NCBI GenBank assembly: GCA_043228905.1
Contig: JBHGNT010000018.1
Location: 7,564,001-7,628,000, forward strand
Source of the DNA: Azolla caroliniana
Taxonomy: Eukaryota; Plantae; Polypodiophyta
Length of the DNA stretch: 64,000 nucleotides
Reading direction: 5' to 3'
Below the pieces are notes generated by a model that ran no database searches, was not told the origin of the DNA, and saw nothing but the letters and a program-made list of their open reading frames with translations. Below are positions 38,690 to 53,400 of this stretch, one piece after another. Both the position numbers and the translations under genes were made by a program. Each line of letters starts with the position of its first letter. The stretch's first letter is position 1.

Positions 38690-40670
38690 ACCTCGTATGT
38701 CGACTGAAGAAAAACCTCTACGGCTTAAAACAAATGCCGAGGATGTGGCACTAGAAGTTCGACTCCTACATCAACCAGCTTGGCTACCACCGGTCCGACT
38801 CCGACCCATGCACGTATATTCGGCAATTGGCCGATGAGTCCCGGATCTATTTGATCCTATATGTCGACGACATGCTGATTGCAAGGAGCAATCAAGCTGA
38901 AATCTGAAAGCTAAAGTGAAGCCTTCATGACAAGTTCATGATGAAGGAACTCAGACAAGCTCGACACATACTGGGCATGAGGATCGAGAGAAATCGGAAG
39001 ACAAAGACTTCCCAACTCTCCTAGTCCGACTGCATCCGAAAGGTGTTGAGGCGCTTCAACATGGAGAATGCGAAGCCAACACCAATACCGATTTCGACGT
39101 CGATCCAACTATCAAACAGAGAATCTCCCTCAAGGAAGAGGAGAGAAAGCTCTATGGAAAGATACTCTATGTATCGGTCGTAGGAAGTATCATGTACGCG
39201 ATGGTGGTGACCCGACCCGACCTTACCTATGCCGTAGGAGTTGTCATCCGGTACATGTCGAACCCAGGACGGAAGCATTGGGAGGCTATCAAGCACATCT
39301 TTAGGTATGTAAGAGGAACCAAAGATGTACATCTGATCGGCAAATCCGGCCGAAGTCGAAGGCTATACTGACTCTAACTATGCCGGCAATACTAACAATC
39401 GAAAGTTGACATCAAGCAATATATTCACCTATGGTGGCGGCGCCATATCATGGAGGTCGAAGCTTCAAGAGTGCACAACCCTGTCTACCACAAAGGCCGC
39501 ATCATGGAGTACATAGCAGCATCAGAGGCAGCAAAGGAAGCTATCTGGCTGCACCGACTATCAACCGACTTCTCGGCTACAAGACAAATCGACCTCCCAG
39601 TGCTGACCATGTATTGCGACTCAAACAGTGCAATACACCTCATCAGGAATCCAGTCTATCATGCGAAGAAGAAACACATTGAGGTGCAGTTCCATCATAT
39701 TCGGGAGCTCATAATAGAGAAGACGCTCGAAGTTCGGAAGATCGATACCGAGGTGAACATTGCCGATTGCTTGACGAAGCCACTAAGGACAAAGATGGGA
39801 CTTCGACAAGCGACCGAGCAGAAGAATGTTGAACAAGGAGCAAAAGATAAGTTGAAAACCGGCCCGATCAAACAAGCCGAAAAAGGCAAAGTCAAAAGAA
39901 TTGGAATGCCAAGAGGCTGAAGATGCAACAATGAGCGAGGATACCAAATGGAGACCTAGAAAGGGTTGGGAGGTGAATGAACATGTAGACAGATCGAGGA
40001 TCCATCGAGGAGCACAGGAGCAAGCATGAGCGGAAAGTAGACGATTGAACTGAGGCTGAGAGTCAGAATCGTACATGAGCCGATCTAGACACACAAGCCA
40101 ATTCGAACGCAAGAGGATTCGAACAAATCGATCCGACTGCCTCAGACAAGCCGACCTGAATGATCCTTGAGTGACTTCAAACCATCTATAGGGATGTCCT
40201 TAAATTACAAGGCATTAAAAATCCATGAACTGTCCAATAATGCCATATTCGTCCCGTAGAGAGAATCGAGACTTGCTTGCTTGCTTGCGGGGTGGAAAGA
40301 CCTGAACGATTAGCCGAATTAGGCTATATACCAACTATACCTATGCAGACTCGACTATATGCCGATGGACTTGTAATTATAACTTTAAGTTAAAATTGTA
40401 TGTAAGAAGAGCAATCCTTTTACGAGGGAGTTTGTTGGCATAAAAGGCCGACTCCTTCCATCTTTTTTCATAGTGTAAACACATCCTTAAGCTAGGGCTT
40501 GAGTATATAAGCTCAACCCTAACATTGTAAAGATGATCTTGGAGTGTAAGACTTAAAGAGATAGAGATAATAAGAACTTCCATTGAAGCTTTGAAATAGT
40601 GTCTATCTTCTCTCATATTTCTTGTTACATATCAGTGTTGTTTGCTATTCATCTTATTGCAGGTCCTAAC
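38690..40670 (+). mobile_element. Ty1/copia RT-RNase H fragment with probable 3' LTR
   Basis: KLKKNLYGLKQ-like, YVDDML, TRPDLTYAVG and YCDSNSAIHLIRNPVYHAKKKHIEVQFH motifs. The downstream LTR-like region ends ...GGTCCTAACA (~40671); LTR limits are uncertain. Confidence 0.8.
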
Positions 40671-41151
40671 ATTCTTCCGCGTATCTACACATACACCTTC
40701 CATCATACGTATGATGTATATGATTTTTATATATGAACCTTAGGAAGAAAATTCAATGGCATTGCCAATAAGTTATGGCCCTCAGGAAGAAATTTCAATG
40801 GCTTTGCCAACAAGTTATGGCCCTTAAGAAGAATGTTCAATAACTTCGCCAATTATAAGTTCCTCTTCATATATAGCTAGAAAGTTTCCTTATTCAAGGC
40901 AAGTGTATGGAAACTCTTATCACATTCCTTTTGCATTAAGATAAGACAAGTTTGAACTTCATCTCATCAAGTAAGGACAAAGACTTACATGTCAACATTC
41001 ACCATTGTTGTAATCCAAAATGTAAATTTAAGGAGCATTATGTGTGTTATTCCCATATCTATAATGAGATAAAACAAAGTACTATCATTTTACCTTATTT
41101 CATTTTGGACTTTTTATCACACGCTATAAGTGAGATCGAGTGAGTTCACTA

Positions 41152-41330
41152 CACTACAACAGAAGGAGCGTTAGTGACACCAACACTCATTGCAAATGGC
41201 ATCTCTTCCATACTGTTGTTATGTGATGTATTAAGAGACACATTTGTGATTGTGTCACTAAGTGACACCCATAAAGCATCGCATAGTGACACTCGCACGT
41301 CATTGTGCCACTCATGTAGAGCGATGTTTT
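41152..41330 (+). mobile_element. CACTA/EnSpm-like transposon terminus with subterminal repeats
   Basis: CACTACAACAGAA followed by direct and inverted GTGACAC/GTGTCAC motifs. No partner terminus seen in the window. Confidence 0.6.
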
Positions 41331-42129
41331 AGTGTAAAAAAGGGGCACTTGTAATGCGTTGCCCTAAAACGGCTATTTTTTTTTTCTATAAATAAAGATC
41401 TCCCCATCTTTTTAACTTTCCCATGCTCTTGTGCTGTTGCTCAATATCTCTCTCTCTCTCTCTCTCTCTATGTCCTAACTGTGTATGTATGTGTAAGGGA
41501 AAAATATGTGTGCATGTATGTTCACTTCTATTCAAGCTCATACATGTGCATGATTATGTGTATGTGCATATATGTATGTGTGAATGAATGAATGTGTGTG
41601 TAATGTACGAGTGAGTGTATGTACTAACCCTAAATCTAATTGTGTTATGTATGTATGGTTAATTAGCTCTAACCCTAGCCCTAACTGTGTACACATCTGT
41701 AAGGGAAAAATATGTGTGAATGGATGATTTTTGTTTGTGCTTATGTTTATGTGCATATATGTATGTGTATGAAAAGTCTATACCCTTAACTGGATGGGAA
41801 AGAAGAGGAACTCAACATCGTGCTAATGTGCAAAAGTCAATGGCGGAGAAGACGTATAACTCGTAAGGGGGATTATGAATCCCCCTTTTCATAACTTTTA
41901 AAACAAATTAAAAAAATGTGTCGCACAACAATGCCTATATAGGCATGTCACTATGTGATGCACAAAAAACTTATGAACCGCATCATATAGGGATGCCTTT
42001 CAGAGCATATCACTATGTTGAGAAACAAGCTCAACATTTGGTGCGTAATCTGGTGCGTAACCCAGTGCGTAAATTGGGTGCATAAAAAACCATGCACACA
42101 ATAGGCCGTAGCGGTGCGTAAACCGCGAG

Positions 42130-45100
42130 GCCGTTGGAAAGATATTCCTGGAAAGGAATAATTTTGGGACTGAGTGTCGCGGCTCATTTATGAGTGTGAA
42201 GTACTGTCAATACTTGTGTCAGCCCGATTGTCAGGGCTTGTATATAAGGTGCTCACTGAGCACGAAGTGTACACAGAATAGAGAGTCATTATTTTGAATC
42301 TGAGTTTTCTATTGTCTGGTCTCTGTCTCTCTGTCTCTCTGTCTCTCCATCTCCATCTCTGCGTTTTCTGTGTTTTACCAAATTGTCTTATTCCTCCGAA
42401 CTGTGTACTCTGTGTTTATGCACACACTTCCGCACAACGTATTCTTTTACATGGTATCAGAGCGCCAGGGTTGAAGTCCTCTGCAGCCGACAAGAAAAGT
42501 TTGTGACGAAACAGAGTTGAAGTTGTTCGCTTTCGGAGAAGAAAAAGACAGTACTATGGACAGAGGAATGGGAAGCTCACTTCCGACTGGAAAGCTTGAC
42601 AGAAGCAACTACAGATCTTGGTCTTACAAGATGCACCAGTACCTGCTCGGCCATGGCTATTGGAGTTATGTCAAAGGAGCAAACGATGTGGCACTCGACT
42701 TGACATACATGGACTATCCGGCTTGAGAACAAGTGGCAAGTAGAGTGCTGTACTACTTCGCGTCCTGTGTGAGTGATCAACTTTTGAGCTATATTCAGGA
42801 TGCCAAGACGCCGAAGGACGCGTGGGTGAATCTCAAAAGGATTTTCGCCGCCAACACAACGGCCAAAAAGATGCAGCTTAGACATGAGCTCAACAATGTA
42901 CGACAAAGAGATATGTCGGTGGCTAATTACACCACCAAGATCAAAGAAATCAGCGACTCTCTTGCCTCCGTCAACATGAACGTCGAGGAAGATGAAATGG
43001 TGCAGGTTTGTCTTGGTGGCTTGGTGTCAAAGTTCAGACGTTTTCGAACGGTAGTCTACATGAGGGAGATTACGCCTTCGTTTTTCGAGCTTCAGCCAAT
43101 GTTGCTCGTAGAAGAAAACCACGCGAGTGCATCGACGAGTGCACACGCCGATGGCAAGATGCTTTGCATTGAGGATGATAGGCCCCGTGGTCATGGTGGA
43201 CGAGGCAGATCGGCGCGCAATGGAGGCGGCCGAAAAGAGCAGAATGTATGGCATAATCGAGATGTCGGAAGCAATTCCGAACCCTTCGCAAGCAGGGGGA
43301 GTCATGGCGGCACCGGAAGACGGCAAGAGAAGTTTGCGCCGGATTGCTGGTACTGTGGCAAGAAAGGCCACAAGGAGAGCGAATGCTGAAAAAGTGAGCC
43401 GATTTGGACAAAGACGGATCGAGCCGGAGAGACACAGAGAGGCATCAGAGATCGCACTATGCAGAAGGCTCTGAATGAGCTGAAAACAAATCGGGCCCAA
43501 CCTTTGTAATGAAGCATAAGGCCAATTCTATGGCCGTGAACACCTCGAAATCAAGCGAGGTGTGGTATGTTGATTCCGGAGTGTCAAATCATATGACGAG
43601 TCACGAGGAATGGTTCTCATACTTGGAGAAACCGGAATCACAAGGAGTGGTTGAAATAGGAGACGACACTCCGCATACCATCGAACATGTCGGCAAAGTT
43701 CCTCTCAGCCACGTCGGACAGAAAGGGAAACTCATGAACGTGCTGCACGTCCCAACAATAACGAAGAACCTAGTGTCGGTCGGTCAGATCGTCGACCAGG
43801 GAATGCAGGTTTCTATTCACGCATCTCAGCTGCTTCATAGAAGAGGAAGGCAAAGTAATCGCGCAAGGGTGCCGTGAAGGGAGGATGTTTATCCTCGACA
43901 ATAATCAAGTCGGAACCGCATTGTACGCGAAAGGACAAAAGGTCGAATCGGATATCGACCTGTGGCACAAGCGGTTCGGCCACGTATATTTCCCACAGCT
44001 TCGTGAAATGCAGACGAAGAACATTGTTTTCGGGTTGCCGAAATTTCGTGGCCGGAATGGCCAAGTCTGCGAAGCCTGGCAGATGGGAGAAAAACACCGA
44101 CTTCCATTCCCCAATGAGTGTAATTGTAGTCGAAGTCCGCTGGATTTGATCCATTAGGATGTGTGTGGGGTCTGGTACAGAACGTGACTCTCAGTGGAAG
44201 CCGTTACTTTGTAACCTTCATCGATGACTTCACTCGGCACACGTGGGCATGCATGATTGAGAAGAAGAGCGAAGTCTTTGCATGTTTCCTGAAGGTGAAG
44301 AGCCTTGTGTAAAGGGAAACAGGGCGTAAGATCAAATGCCTACGGTTCGATGGCGGGAAGGAGTACTTCTCCGACAAGTTCACAAGTTATCTACAGAAGG
44401 AGGGAATTCGACGCAAATTCTCGTGTAGATATACGACGGAGCAGAACGACGTAGCCGAGCGGAAGAATCGGACGATTGAAGAAGCAGCCAGGGCAATGCT
44501 TGAAGAGAAGCATATGCCGAAATTCTATTGGGCCGAAGACCTGAAGACGGTTGTCTACCTGCAGAATCAGGCTTCTGCTAATGGAGGAGTGTCGCCATAT
44601 GAGTTGTATTTCGGGAAGAAGTCGAACTTGGCATACTTGAGGATTTTTAGCAGCATCGCGTATGTGCACGTGCCGAAGGAGAAAAGGAGGAAACTAGATG
44701 CTAAAGCTGAGAAATGTGTCTTGGTTGGCTATTCAGATGAGCAGAAAGGATATAAGTGTTATAACCCTCGAACAAAGGAAGTACGCGTAAGCCGTGACAT
44801 TGTGTTCGACGAGTCCGCTTCGTGGTACCTGCCTTCTCCTCCAGAACCTCATGACTCCATTCCGATTTCGGAAGAAAAATCAGCGAGACTGAAATGCCTC
44901 CGCATGATGAGGATGTTAGAGCTCTGAGAGAGAGTCCGATCTTGTTTTGGCTAAGTGGGCCGAATGAGGGGTTGGGCTGAGATGGCCAACCAGATGATGA
45001 GACGATGAGTAGTGGAGACTCGGTCGTGCATTTCCCGCGCCCGAAGCCGAGGAGACGGCTTATGCGCAAGTAAAAAAGCAACAAGAAAATGCCGTAATAC

Positions 45101-47040
45101 GACTTTGGTAGCGCCGAGTTAGATCGGAGTGAATCTGACTACGAGCAAACTGAAAAGGGACCTCCACAGAAGAGGTCGACCGTAGCCGAAAAGGTCGTGA
45201 AATCGGGTAATCACGAATTACGCCGATCTACCCGCCTCAAGAACCCCGTAAAGAGATATGGGTACAATGAGTACATGGTGCACCATTACGCATACATGAA
45301 GCGAGTGGCAGAAGTGCGTGAGCCGGAGAGCTACGAAGAAGCGGCAAAGGACGCAAATTGGCGTGCCACAATGGAGGAAGAGATGTGCGCCTTAACGCAG
45401 AACGAGACATGGGACCTGGTTGATGCACCGAGGGGTATGAAGCCGATCGACTACCGGTGGGTGTATAAAGTGAAACACAACACGGATGGCTCCGTCAACC
45501 GCTACAAGGCCCGTTTAGTAGCAAAAGGCTATGCACGGAAGCATGGCGTGGACTATGAAGAGACCTTCGTGCCTGTCGCAAAGATGACTACTGTGCGAGT
45601 CCTGCTAGCCGCAATAGTGGCAAAGGGGTGGCACTTACATCAGATGGATGTTACGAATGCGTTCCTACAAGATGATCGTGAGGAACATGTGTACATGGTA
45701 AAGCCCCCCGGAGTTCTATCCGAACAAAACACCTTGGCAGTCTGCCGATTGAAGAAACCCTTATATGGACTAAAGCAAGCCCTGCGAGCTTGGAACTCAA
45801 AGATTATGCAACAGTTGCATAGGATGGGGTTTGCGCCGTCGAAATCAAACTCTTCTCTATTTGTTCGGCAAGGTCAATATGGATTGGTCAACTTGCTCTT
45901 GTATGTTGATGATTTAGTCATCGCCGGTGCCGACCTTGACGAAATCCGCCACGTGAAGTCTCAGCTTGCGGCATCGTTTGAAATGAAGGATCTTGGAGAC
46001 CTTCATTACTTCCTCGGGATCGAAGTTATCTGTACCTCCGAAGGCATATGGATCAGCCAACGTCATTACGCGCTGAATATGCTCTTCAAGTTTGGGATGG
46101 AAAATTGTAAGCCTATCTCGACCCCTCTGGATAGAAATGTGAAGCTTCGCCCAGATTCGGGCAAGGCGTGCGACCCAACACGGTTCCGACAAATTGTCGG
46201 GAGCCTTATCTATTTGACGATTACTCGGCCGTATCTTAGCTACTGGGTCGTCTTAATCAGTCAATTCATGTTGCAGCCTATGCCCGAACACTTTCAGTGC
46301 GCACAACGGATACTGCGTTATGTCAATGGCACGAAAGACATGGCGTTACTGTATCAGGCAGGCATAGCCGAACAGTTAGTCGGCTACACGGATGCCGATT
46401 GGGCCGGAAACGCCCACGATTGTCGATCCACATCTGGATACACATTCTCATTGGGAAGTGCGGCAATCGCATGGAGCAACAAGAAGCAGCCGACAGTAGC
46501 ATTGTCGAGCATGGAGGCCGAGTATCGAGGGGCGACTATCGCTATATGCGAAGTCCTTTGGCTAAAACGATTATTACGGGATCTGCATGTAGAGGTGTCT
46601 GATCCGACGACGATCTTTTGTGACAACCTCAGTAGTATCCACCTTGCGAAGAACCTCGTGTTCCACACTAGAACCAAGCACATTGAGGTGCACTACCATT
46701 TTGTCCGCGAGCGGGGTCCTTTCAGGTGAAGTCGAACTGGTGCATGTTCTAACAGGTGAAGTTACGACATTTCTCGGGTGAGCTTGGGTTGCGTCACCTT
46801 GACACGCCGAACTTGAGGGGGAGAAAAGAAGACAAATAGGAAGAAGAGCGTGAAAGGAGTGGAGGTGGTCATCGCGACGGAAGTGACCATGACACGGAAT
46901 CAGATGAAGAATTCGATTTCGGGCCGACTGAAGAAGCCGAAGAAAAGAGCAAGGTCTATAAATGTAGGGAAGGGCCGAGGATACGCCGAATCATTTGAAG
47001 GCCATGAGGAGAAAAGGGCTGCGAAGGACACGCCGACACT
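42130..47040 (+). mobile_element. Degenerate Ty1/copia (5' LTR remnant, gag-PR-IN-RT-RH), no 3' LTR
   Basis: LTR ends ...TTTTACA at 42451; PBS TGGTATCAGAGC at 42452-42463. Motifs CWYCGKKGHKESEC, WYVDSG, integrase, and a 510-aa RT/RNase H ORF at 45197-46729. Confidence 0.93.
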
Positions 47041-47059
47041 AGTGGCTCGAGCTTCTATC

Positions 47060-47610
47060 TACATCAGGACATAACTGATTAGCTACATTTAGTCATAGTC
47101 AAGGCTAATTAGGTAAATAACTACATCAGGTATCGTCCATAACTAATTAGCTACATAAGGTAGGGGCATAACTAGTGAACAACATCAGGTCTAGATAGCT
47201 ATGTCTCCTATGTAAGTACATAACCGGATGACAATAACTAACTAGCTACTGGCAATCGCTAACTAACTAATGCAAATAGCTAATTAGCTACTTCAAAATA
47301 TGATCATAACTAATTAGCTACAACCGGATGGCAATAGCTAACTAGCTATTGGTAATAGCTAATTAGCTACATCAGAATATGAGCATAACTAATTAGCTAC
47401 AACCATTAGTCGTAGTCAGTTCTAGAAAGCTATGTCTCCTACTTAAGTACATAACCGGATCGCAATAGCTAACTAGCTATTGGCCAAAGCTAACTAGTTA
47501 CTGGTCATGGCTAATTAGCTACATCAGAATATGATCATAGCTAATTAGCGATAACTGCTATTAGTCAGTTCTAGATAGTTATGTCACATACTTATGAACT
47601 GCTAAGCATA
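47060..47610. repeat. Array of TAGCTAATTAGCTA-type palindromic repeats
   Basis: About 20 variants of (A/G)CTAA(T/C)TAGCTA, embedded in higher-order repeated blocks. Confidence 0.85.
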
Positions 47611-47639
47611 ATTGACTGGACTCCCTTCTTATTACGCAG

Positions 47640-49457
47640 GTAGATTTATTTACTAGGTTCAAGCGAATGCATCTAAAAATGAAAGTTCAACTACGAACAT
47701 TCGAGTATCTCAAACCACGCTTTGTGAGACGCTTGAAGGATCGATACACATGGTGTTGCATTTACCATGTACAAATGGGATTTCTCAAGGATTTTATTAA
47801 TTTACTACATTACCATAGCTCCTCCCTACAAGATGTAGTATGCACTTGTGAGTGCCCAATTTGTCGATTTAGCCAGACAGAGCATTGTAAATCATCAGAG
47901 CATGTATGCTTATCCATGAGTGGTTTTTAGGTTTAGTATTGTGCTCGAGAGAATTTGAGGTTATCTTCCACAATTATAAATGTGTCATGGGTTTATGTCA
48001 AGATTGTGGACCTAGTAGATTTAGGTGGTTTCCAAAAGGTGTGTGTCAAGTTATTTGAGTCTATGGCACCAATTTCAAAGGAAAGGTGTGTAAAAGAAAA
48101 GAACTAGTTGGAAGTCGCTTAAACAAAAGGGATTTTGTGTCTCTATTTGTAGTATCTCTAGGAAAGTTCATTAAACACAACTTTATTTATTCATGGCAGG
48201 CTCATCAATTTAAGACATATCGGATTTTCCAAATGATGTAGTACTCTTAGTAATAGATTTCGCAGAGAATTATACTTTCAAGCAACAAAATGAAATTCAA
48301 TCCATGCATTGGTGTGCAATGCAAGTAACCCTTTTTGTGCACATAACATATTTTCGAGTTTTAGGTGATGTTTTAAGAAAGTAATTAATTTTTTTATTTC
48401 TGATGATAAGAAGCATGATAGCTTGTTTGTCCAACACCGTTTTAAGTTACATTGGCAATGGTTATTACGTCAACATTGGGAGCTTACTCAACATTGGGTT
48501 TGATTTGATGGAGCTGCATCACAATTCAAAGCCAAACATCCATTTTATTTTGTTGGGAGGTATCCTTCTGAAACAAGTTTGGAGATGAGATGGAAATTTT
48601 TTGGGTCTGGCCATGGTAAAGGTGAACATGATGGAGCAGGTGCAGTTATAAAGCGGGCAGTTACCCATGAATAGCTAAAGGCATACGATGTGCATACGAA
48701 TTGTGCAACACATGTAGTCAATTTTTTAAGAACTAATATGTCAACGAGTGCAATTGGTGTTTATTCCTCGTAGGTCTGAAATATCAAATGCATACTTTGG
48801 GGAGTGAGGATAGATGACGTAAATAGGGAGAAGACATGGGAGTGCCGAGGAATTTCCAAATTGCGATCTCTCCATGTTGTTCGGGGTTATTCTAGGTTGG
48901 ATGGTCATTGTATTGCAGTTAGAGAATTAACATGTTTTTGCTTCCATTGTGTGCAAGCAAACTGGAGGCATTGTTTAAACAAAGCATATATTCAGAATTG
49001 AGAGTACCATACACTAAATGATAAGGAAGTGACTGGCGGAGAAATAGAAAACAAATAGGACTTTATATATCAAGGAAGTGGAGATACTCTGAGTGACGTC
49101 ATAATTGTTGGGTATAATTTCGCTGTAAATGCACAAGAAGGCAATTCAGAGAGTGTTGATTTCTATTTATTGAAGTGCACGGTTTGTAAACAATGTGCAA
49201 TGCAGAATATTGTAGATGCTTGGGGAAATTTTGTATTTGCCGAGACATTCTACATCGAAGTTATTTTTTATGCAAGATTGGATGATTACGATTATGTGTA
49301 TAGGCTTTTAGAAGGCAAACGAGTAGTGTACATGTACTCTCATTTGGTCAAGTGCATCAATGTCCCGATGTCGCAATACAATAATTGCTCAAATTTATAC
49401 ATAGTTAGTACTGATGTGTATGAATGTATTGAAAACAGTATGCCATGGAATTTGTAG
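47640..49457 (+). pseudogene. Decayed DDD-type DNA transposase (Sola-like, probably Sola2 type)
   Basis: Across stops and frameshifts: TFEYLKPRFVRRLKDRYTWCCIYH, CTCECPIC, VIDFAENYTFKQQNEIQSMHW, SDDKKHD, DGAASQFK, WKFFGSGHGKGEHDGAGAVIKR. Superfamily assignment is from recalled motifs only. Confidence 0.65.
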
Positions 49458-50445
49458 CAATTGTGAGATCACACCGAATTTCTTGTAAAGTGGACAAAGT
49501 AGTTGTATTACAAAAAATTAGTTTAATAAAATCGTTTGGGAGTCTTCTTTCTGTTCTTGTTATTGATAAACCCTTTGTCTCTAGCAATCTGTTGTCAATT
49601 ATATTACGTTTTACTTATCACAAATTTCAGTTTCGCTTTATGTTTTAGTGTCTGTAAAATGTGTATTTATTGTTAGTTTTACTTTTTGCAACTTTAAATT
49701 TTAGTGTCCATTTAGCGCGCATATTCAGTTTTACAGTCTAGAATACATGTTGGCAATGGTTTTTTTACTCTCAAGTGAATTATATACACGTTCAAACAGT
49801 TTTCCATTCAAAGAACAGTTAGCAACATGAAACCAGAAATCAACTTAACTATTTTAGCTATTTTAAAATTGCATAGCGGAAAATTGACTCAAAACAAGGG
49901 ATTTAATTTATTATTGATTTATATGTCATCAAATTACATATTTATAATACACCATTGGCAAGGTCTACACATTTCCTATAAACTGCTAAGCTCTTGCCAG
50001 TAAGTGGAACTTCTCTACATACGAAGCTCGGTATGGAGTCCACAACCATGCAGTTAGTTGGTAGGTCAATGTTTTCACCAAGTAGTTATTGTCACGGATC
50101 ATAAACTCAAGAGACAACGAAGAAGATAACCAAATGGACAAGAAAGAAGATAGTACTAAAGGAAAGACTCCATAACTGGTGTTGTTCACCTTGAATTCCT
50201 TCAAGGTGAACTCCTCTATTTATACTACATGGCATGCATACTTGTTGCACGCATGTGAATCTACAATAGAGCATGTAGGTATGCATGCATGTGCCAAGTG
50301 TAAATACTACAAGGGAGCAACTATGCACATGATGCTAGCAAAATAATAAGGAACAATTACATACATAACTAGTACTAGATATCTTGGTTAACTCATAATA
50401 GTAGATTACAACATGGTCATGTCAAGAGTTCGAATCTTGACATTA

Positions 50446-53400
50446 TCCCCCCTCTTACGCCGCCGCCTTCCCAAATCGGCCGCTGGTTTGTGGGGATATC
50501 GGTGATGAAAATCTTGGACGACCTCTGGGGCATTTTGTAAATTTTCCGATGGTTCCCATGTGGCCTCAGACATGGGGTAACCCCTCCATAGAACGAGGTA
50601 TTGCAAGTGTCGACGGTGCCAACGCGAGTCAAGGATTTGGTCGACCTCGTATTCCTCCCCTGTCGTCAATTGCACAGGTGATGGTGGTGGGGCTTGACGT
50701 CCTGGGAGTTGTGAAGCATAATGGGGTTCGAGGAGGGAGACATGAAAAACATCGTGAATCCGGAAGTGGGATGGAAGGGCGAGCCGGAAGGCGACGGGAT
50801 TGATGCACTCGATGATACGGAATGGTTCCAACTTCTTGTAGTCAAGTTTCGCACATGGACGAGTAGTAGAGATGTGTCGACGTAACAACCAGACCATGTC
50901 TCCAACGACAAAGTGTGGAGTGGAAGATCGATGGCGATCAGCCTGCTTCTTGTATCGTTCATTAGCAAGACTAAGCTCCAAGGATAAATCATGATGTACT
51001 TCTTCCAAAATGCGGGCACGATCCTCCGCCGAAGGGTTCACGGAAGTGGTAGGAAGGGAAATGTTGAAGCGAGGATGTATTCCTTCTCCGGAAATGGTTT
51101 TGGAGCATGGAGTGAAGTGAGCCATCTTCGTAAACCGATCGACAACGACCAACACCGAGTCATAGCTATTGACCAAGGGTAGATCAGTTATCAGGTCCAT
51201 AGAGATAGAGGCCCAAGGACGACGAGGACATGGAAGCGGCTGTAGTAAGCCGTATGGCCGATGATGAATGGCTTTGGAGCGAGCACAAACCTCACAACTC
51301 TTTATGTATTCTTGGACCAGCTTCCATGGTTGTGGCCACCAATACCCCCGAGAGATTAGCTCGAGGGTTTTCGCGACCCCGAAATGACCTGCAAGTGGGT
51401 CATCGTGGCATTCCTGCAACACCCGGGTGCGACATGGGCCCTCTGGGACGTATAAGAGATGATCTCGGAACAACAAACCCTCTTGTATGGTGAAGGTGTC
51501 AAGATCCTTCCTTTTGGTAGCCTTGGAGGGGTTTTGCAAACTATCTCGAATCTCGTTGGCGAACGCATCGGTCTTGGATGCATCAGTGATTTGTTGGAGT
51601 AAAGAATCATCCTGCAACATACAAGTGGCAAACAGATGCAATTGGTCGGGTTTCAACAAACATCTAGATTGTTGAGCATAATCAGCATCCCCAGGGCGGA
51701 GTGCAAGGTCAGCTCGGCGAGAAAGGGCAACAGCCTTCCCATGTTGGCCACCAGGTCGAAATACGATCTCAAAATCGTAGTCGGCGAGAAATGTAGACCA
51801 ACGGGCCTGCCTTCGATTCAAAGTACGAGTGGTGGAAAAATAAACTAAATTTTTATGATCAGTTACTACCTGGACATGATGTTGTGCGCCGGCCAAGTAG
51901 GGTCGCCATTCTTCAAAGGCAGCAATGATAGCAGCAAGCTCCTTGTCGTAAATGGGATAATTGATTTCAGATGCCGTAAATTTTCGGGAATAGTAAGCCA
52001 CTGGGTGCATTAGGTTGTTGTCGTCTGCTTGGGATAAGATGGCGCCAATGGCAAAGTCAGAGGCATCGGTTTCGACTTGGAAGGGTTTTGTGGGGTCGGC
52101 ATGTAGCAGCACCGGGGCAGTGATGAATGCGTGTTTGAGTGAGTCGAACGCATTTTGTGCCTCCGAGGTCCATAAAAATGGAGTGCCTTTATGGGTGAGA
52201 GCGATAAGAGGTTGTGCTAGGGTGGAAAACCCCTTGATGAAGCGACGGTAAAAATTCGCGAAGCCGAGGAAGGATTGCACATCTTTAAGTCGCCTTGGAG
52301 TCGCCCACGCCTGAATGACAGAGACCTTCTTCATATCCATGGTGATGCCAGTGGACGAGATGATGTAGCCCAGAAATTCGATCGAGGTACGGTCGAACTC
52401 GCATTTCTCGCTTTTGGCATAAAGGCCATGCTCGCGAAGTTTGGCCAGAACTAATCGGACTTGGCGAGTGTGCTCCTCCATGTTTGGCGAGAAAATGAGA
52501 ATATCATCGAGGTAAATGACAACAAAAAGATCAAGATATTCTCGGAAAATATCGTTCATCATATGTTGAAAAACTGTGGGAGCGTTAGTAAGACCAAAAG
52601 GCATTACCTTGTATTCGAAATGCCCATATCATGTTCGAAATGCGGTTTTCCATTCATCCCCCGGCTTGATGCGTACTAGATTGTACGCGCCACGCAGATC
52701 AACTTTGGAGAAGACACGCGCAACTCGGAGCCGATCAAGGAGTTCGGGGATCAGAGGTAGCGGATAGCGGTTGCGCACAGTGAGTTTGTTGAGACCTCGG
52801 TAGTCGACGCATAAGCGTAGAGAGCCGTCCTTCTTCTTCACAAATAAAATGGGGGCCCCGGCTGGTGACTTAGAAGGTTGAATAAAGCCTTTCTCGAGGT
52901 TCTCATCAAGATACACACGAAGGGCCTTCAACTCTGGTGCAGACAACGCATATAGAGGACCAAAGGGTGGACACGCACCTTCTTGAAGATCAATCGGACA
53001 GTCGTAGAGCCGGTGTTCAGGCAACCGATCAGCATTAGATTTTTCAAATACGTCGGAGAAGTGTTGGTATTTTTCGGGAATAACATGGAGTGTGTTAGAA
53101 ATGGTGCCACAAACAAACCCATCCTGGACGGATGATGGGGTAGTCAATTCGGAGTCGACCGTCTCCGAAGGATAGGAAACTGAATTTACCTTCATACTTT
53201 TGCATGAGCATCTTGGCTTGCTAAATGTGATCGAGCGGTTGCACCAATCCACTATTGGATTGTGCGCCTCCAACCACGTTAGTCCTAAGACGATCGGATG
53301 TCGAGGAGATGTGATGAGGTAAAAAGTGAGCTCCTCTTGGTGTGAGCCCACCCGAAGCCCTAATGGGATTGTAGCTTGAGTAATTGCACCTGACGAGAGG

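Noticed and set aside
41865-41887. Hairpin AAGGGGGATT-ATG-AATCCCCCTT as a Helitron 3' end
   Set aside because: No CTRR terminus at the expected distance on either strand.
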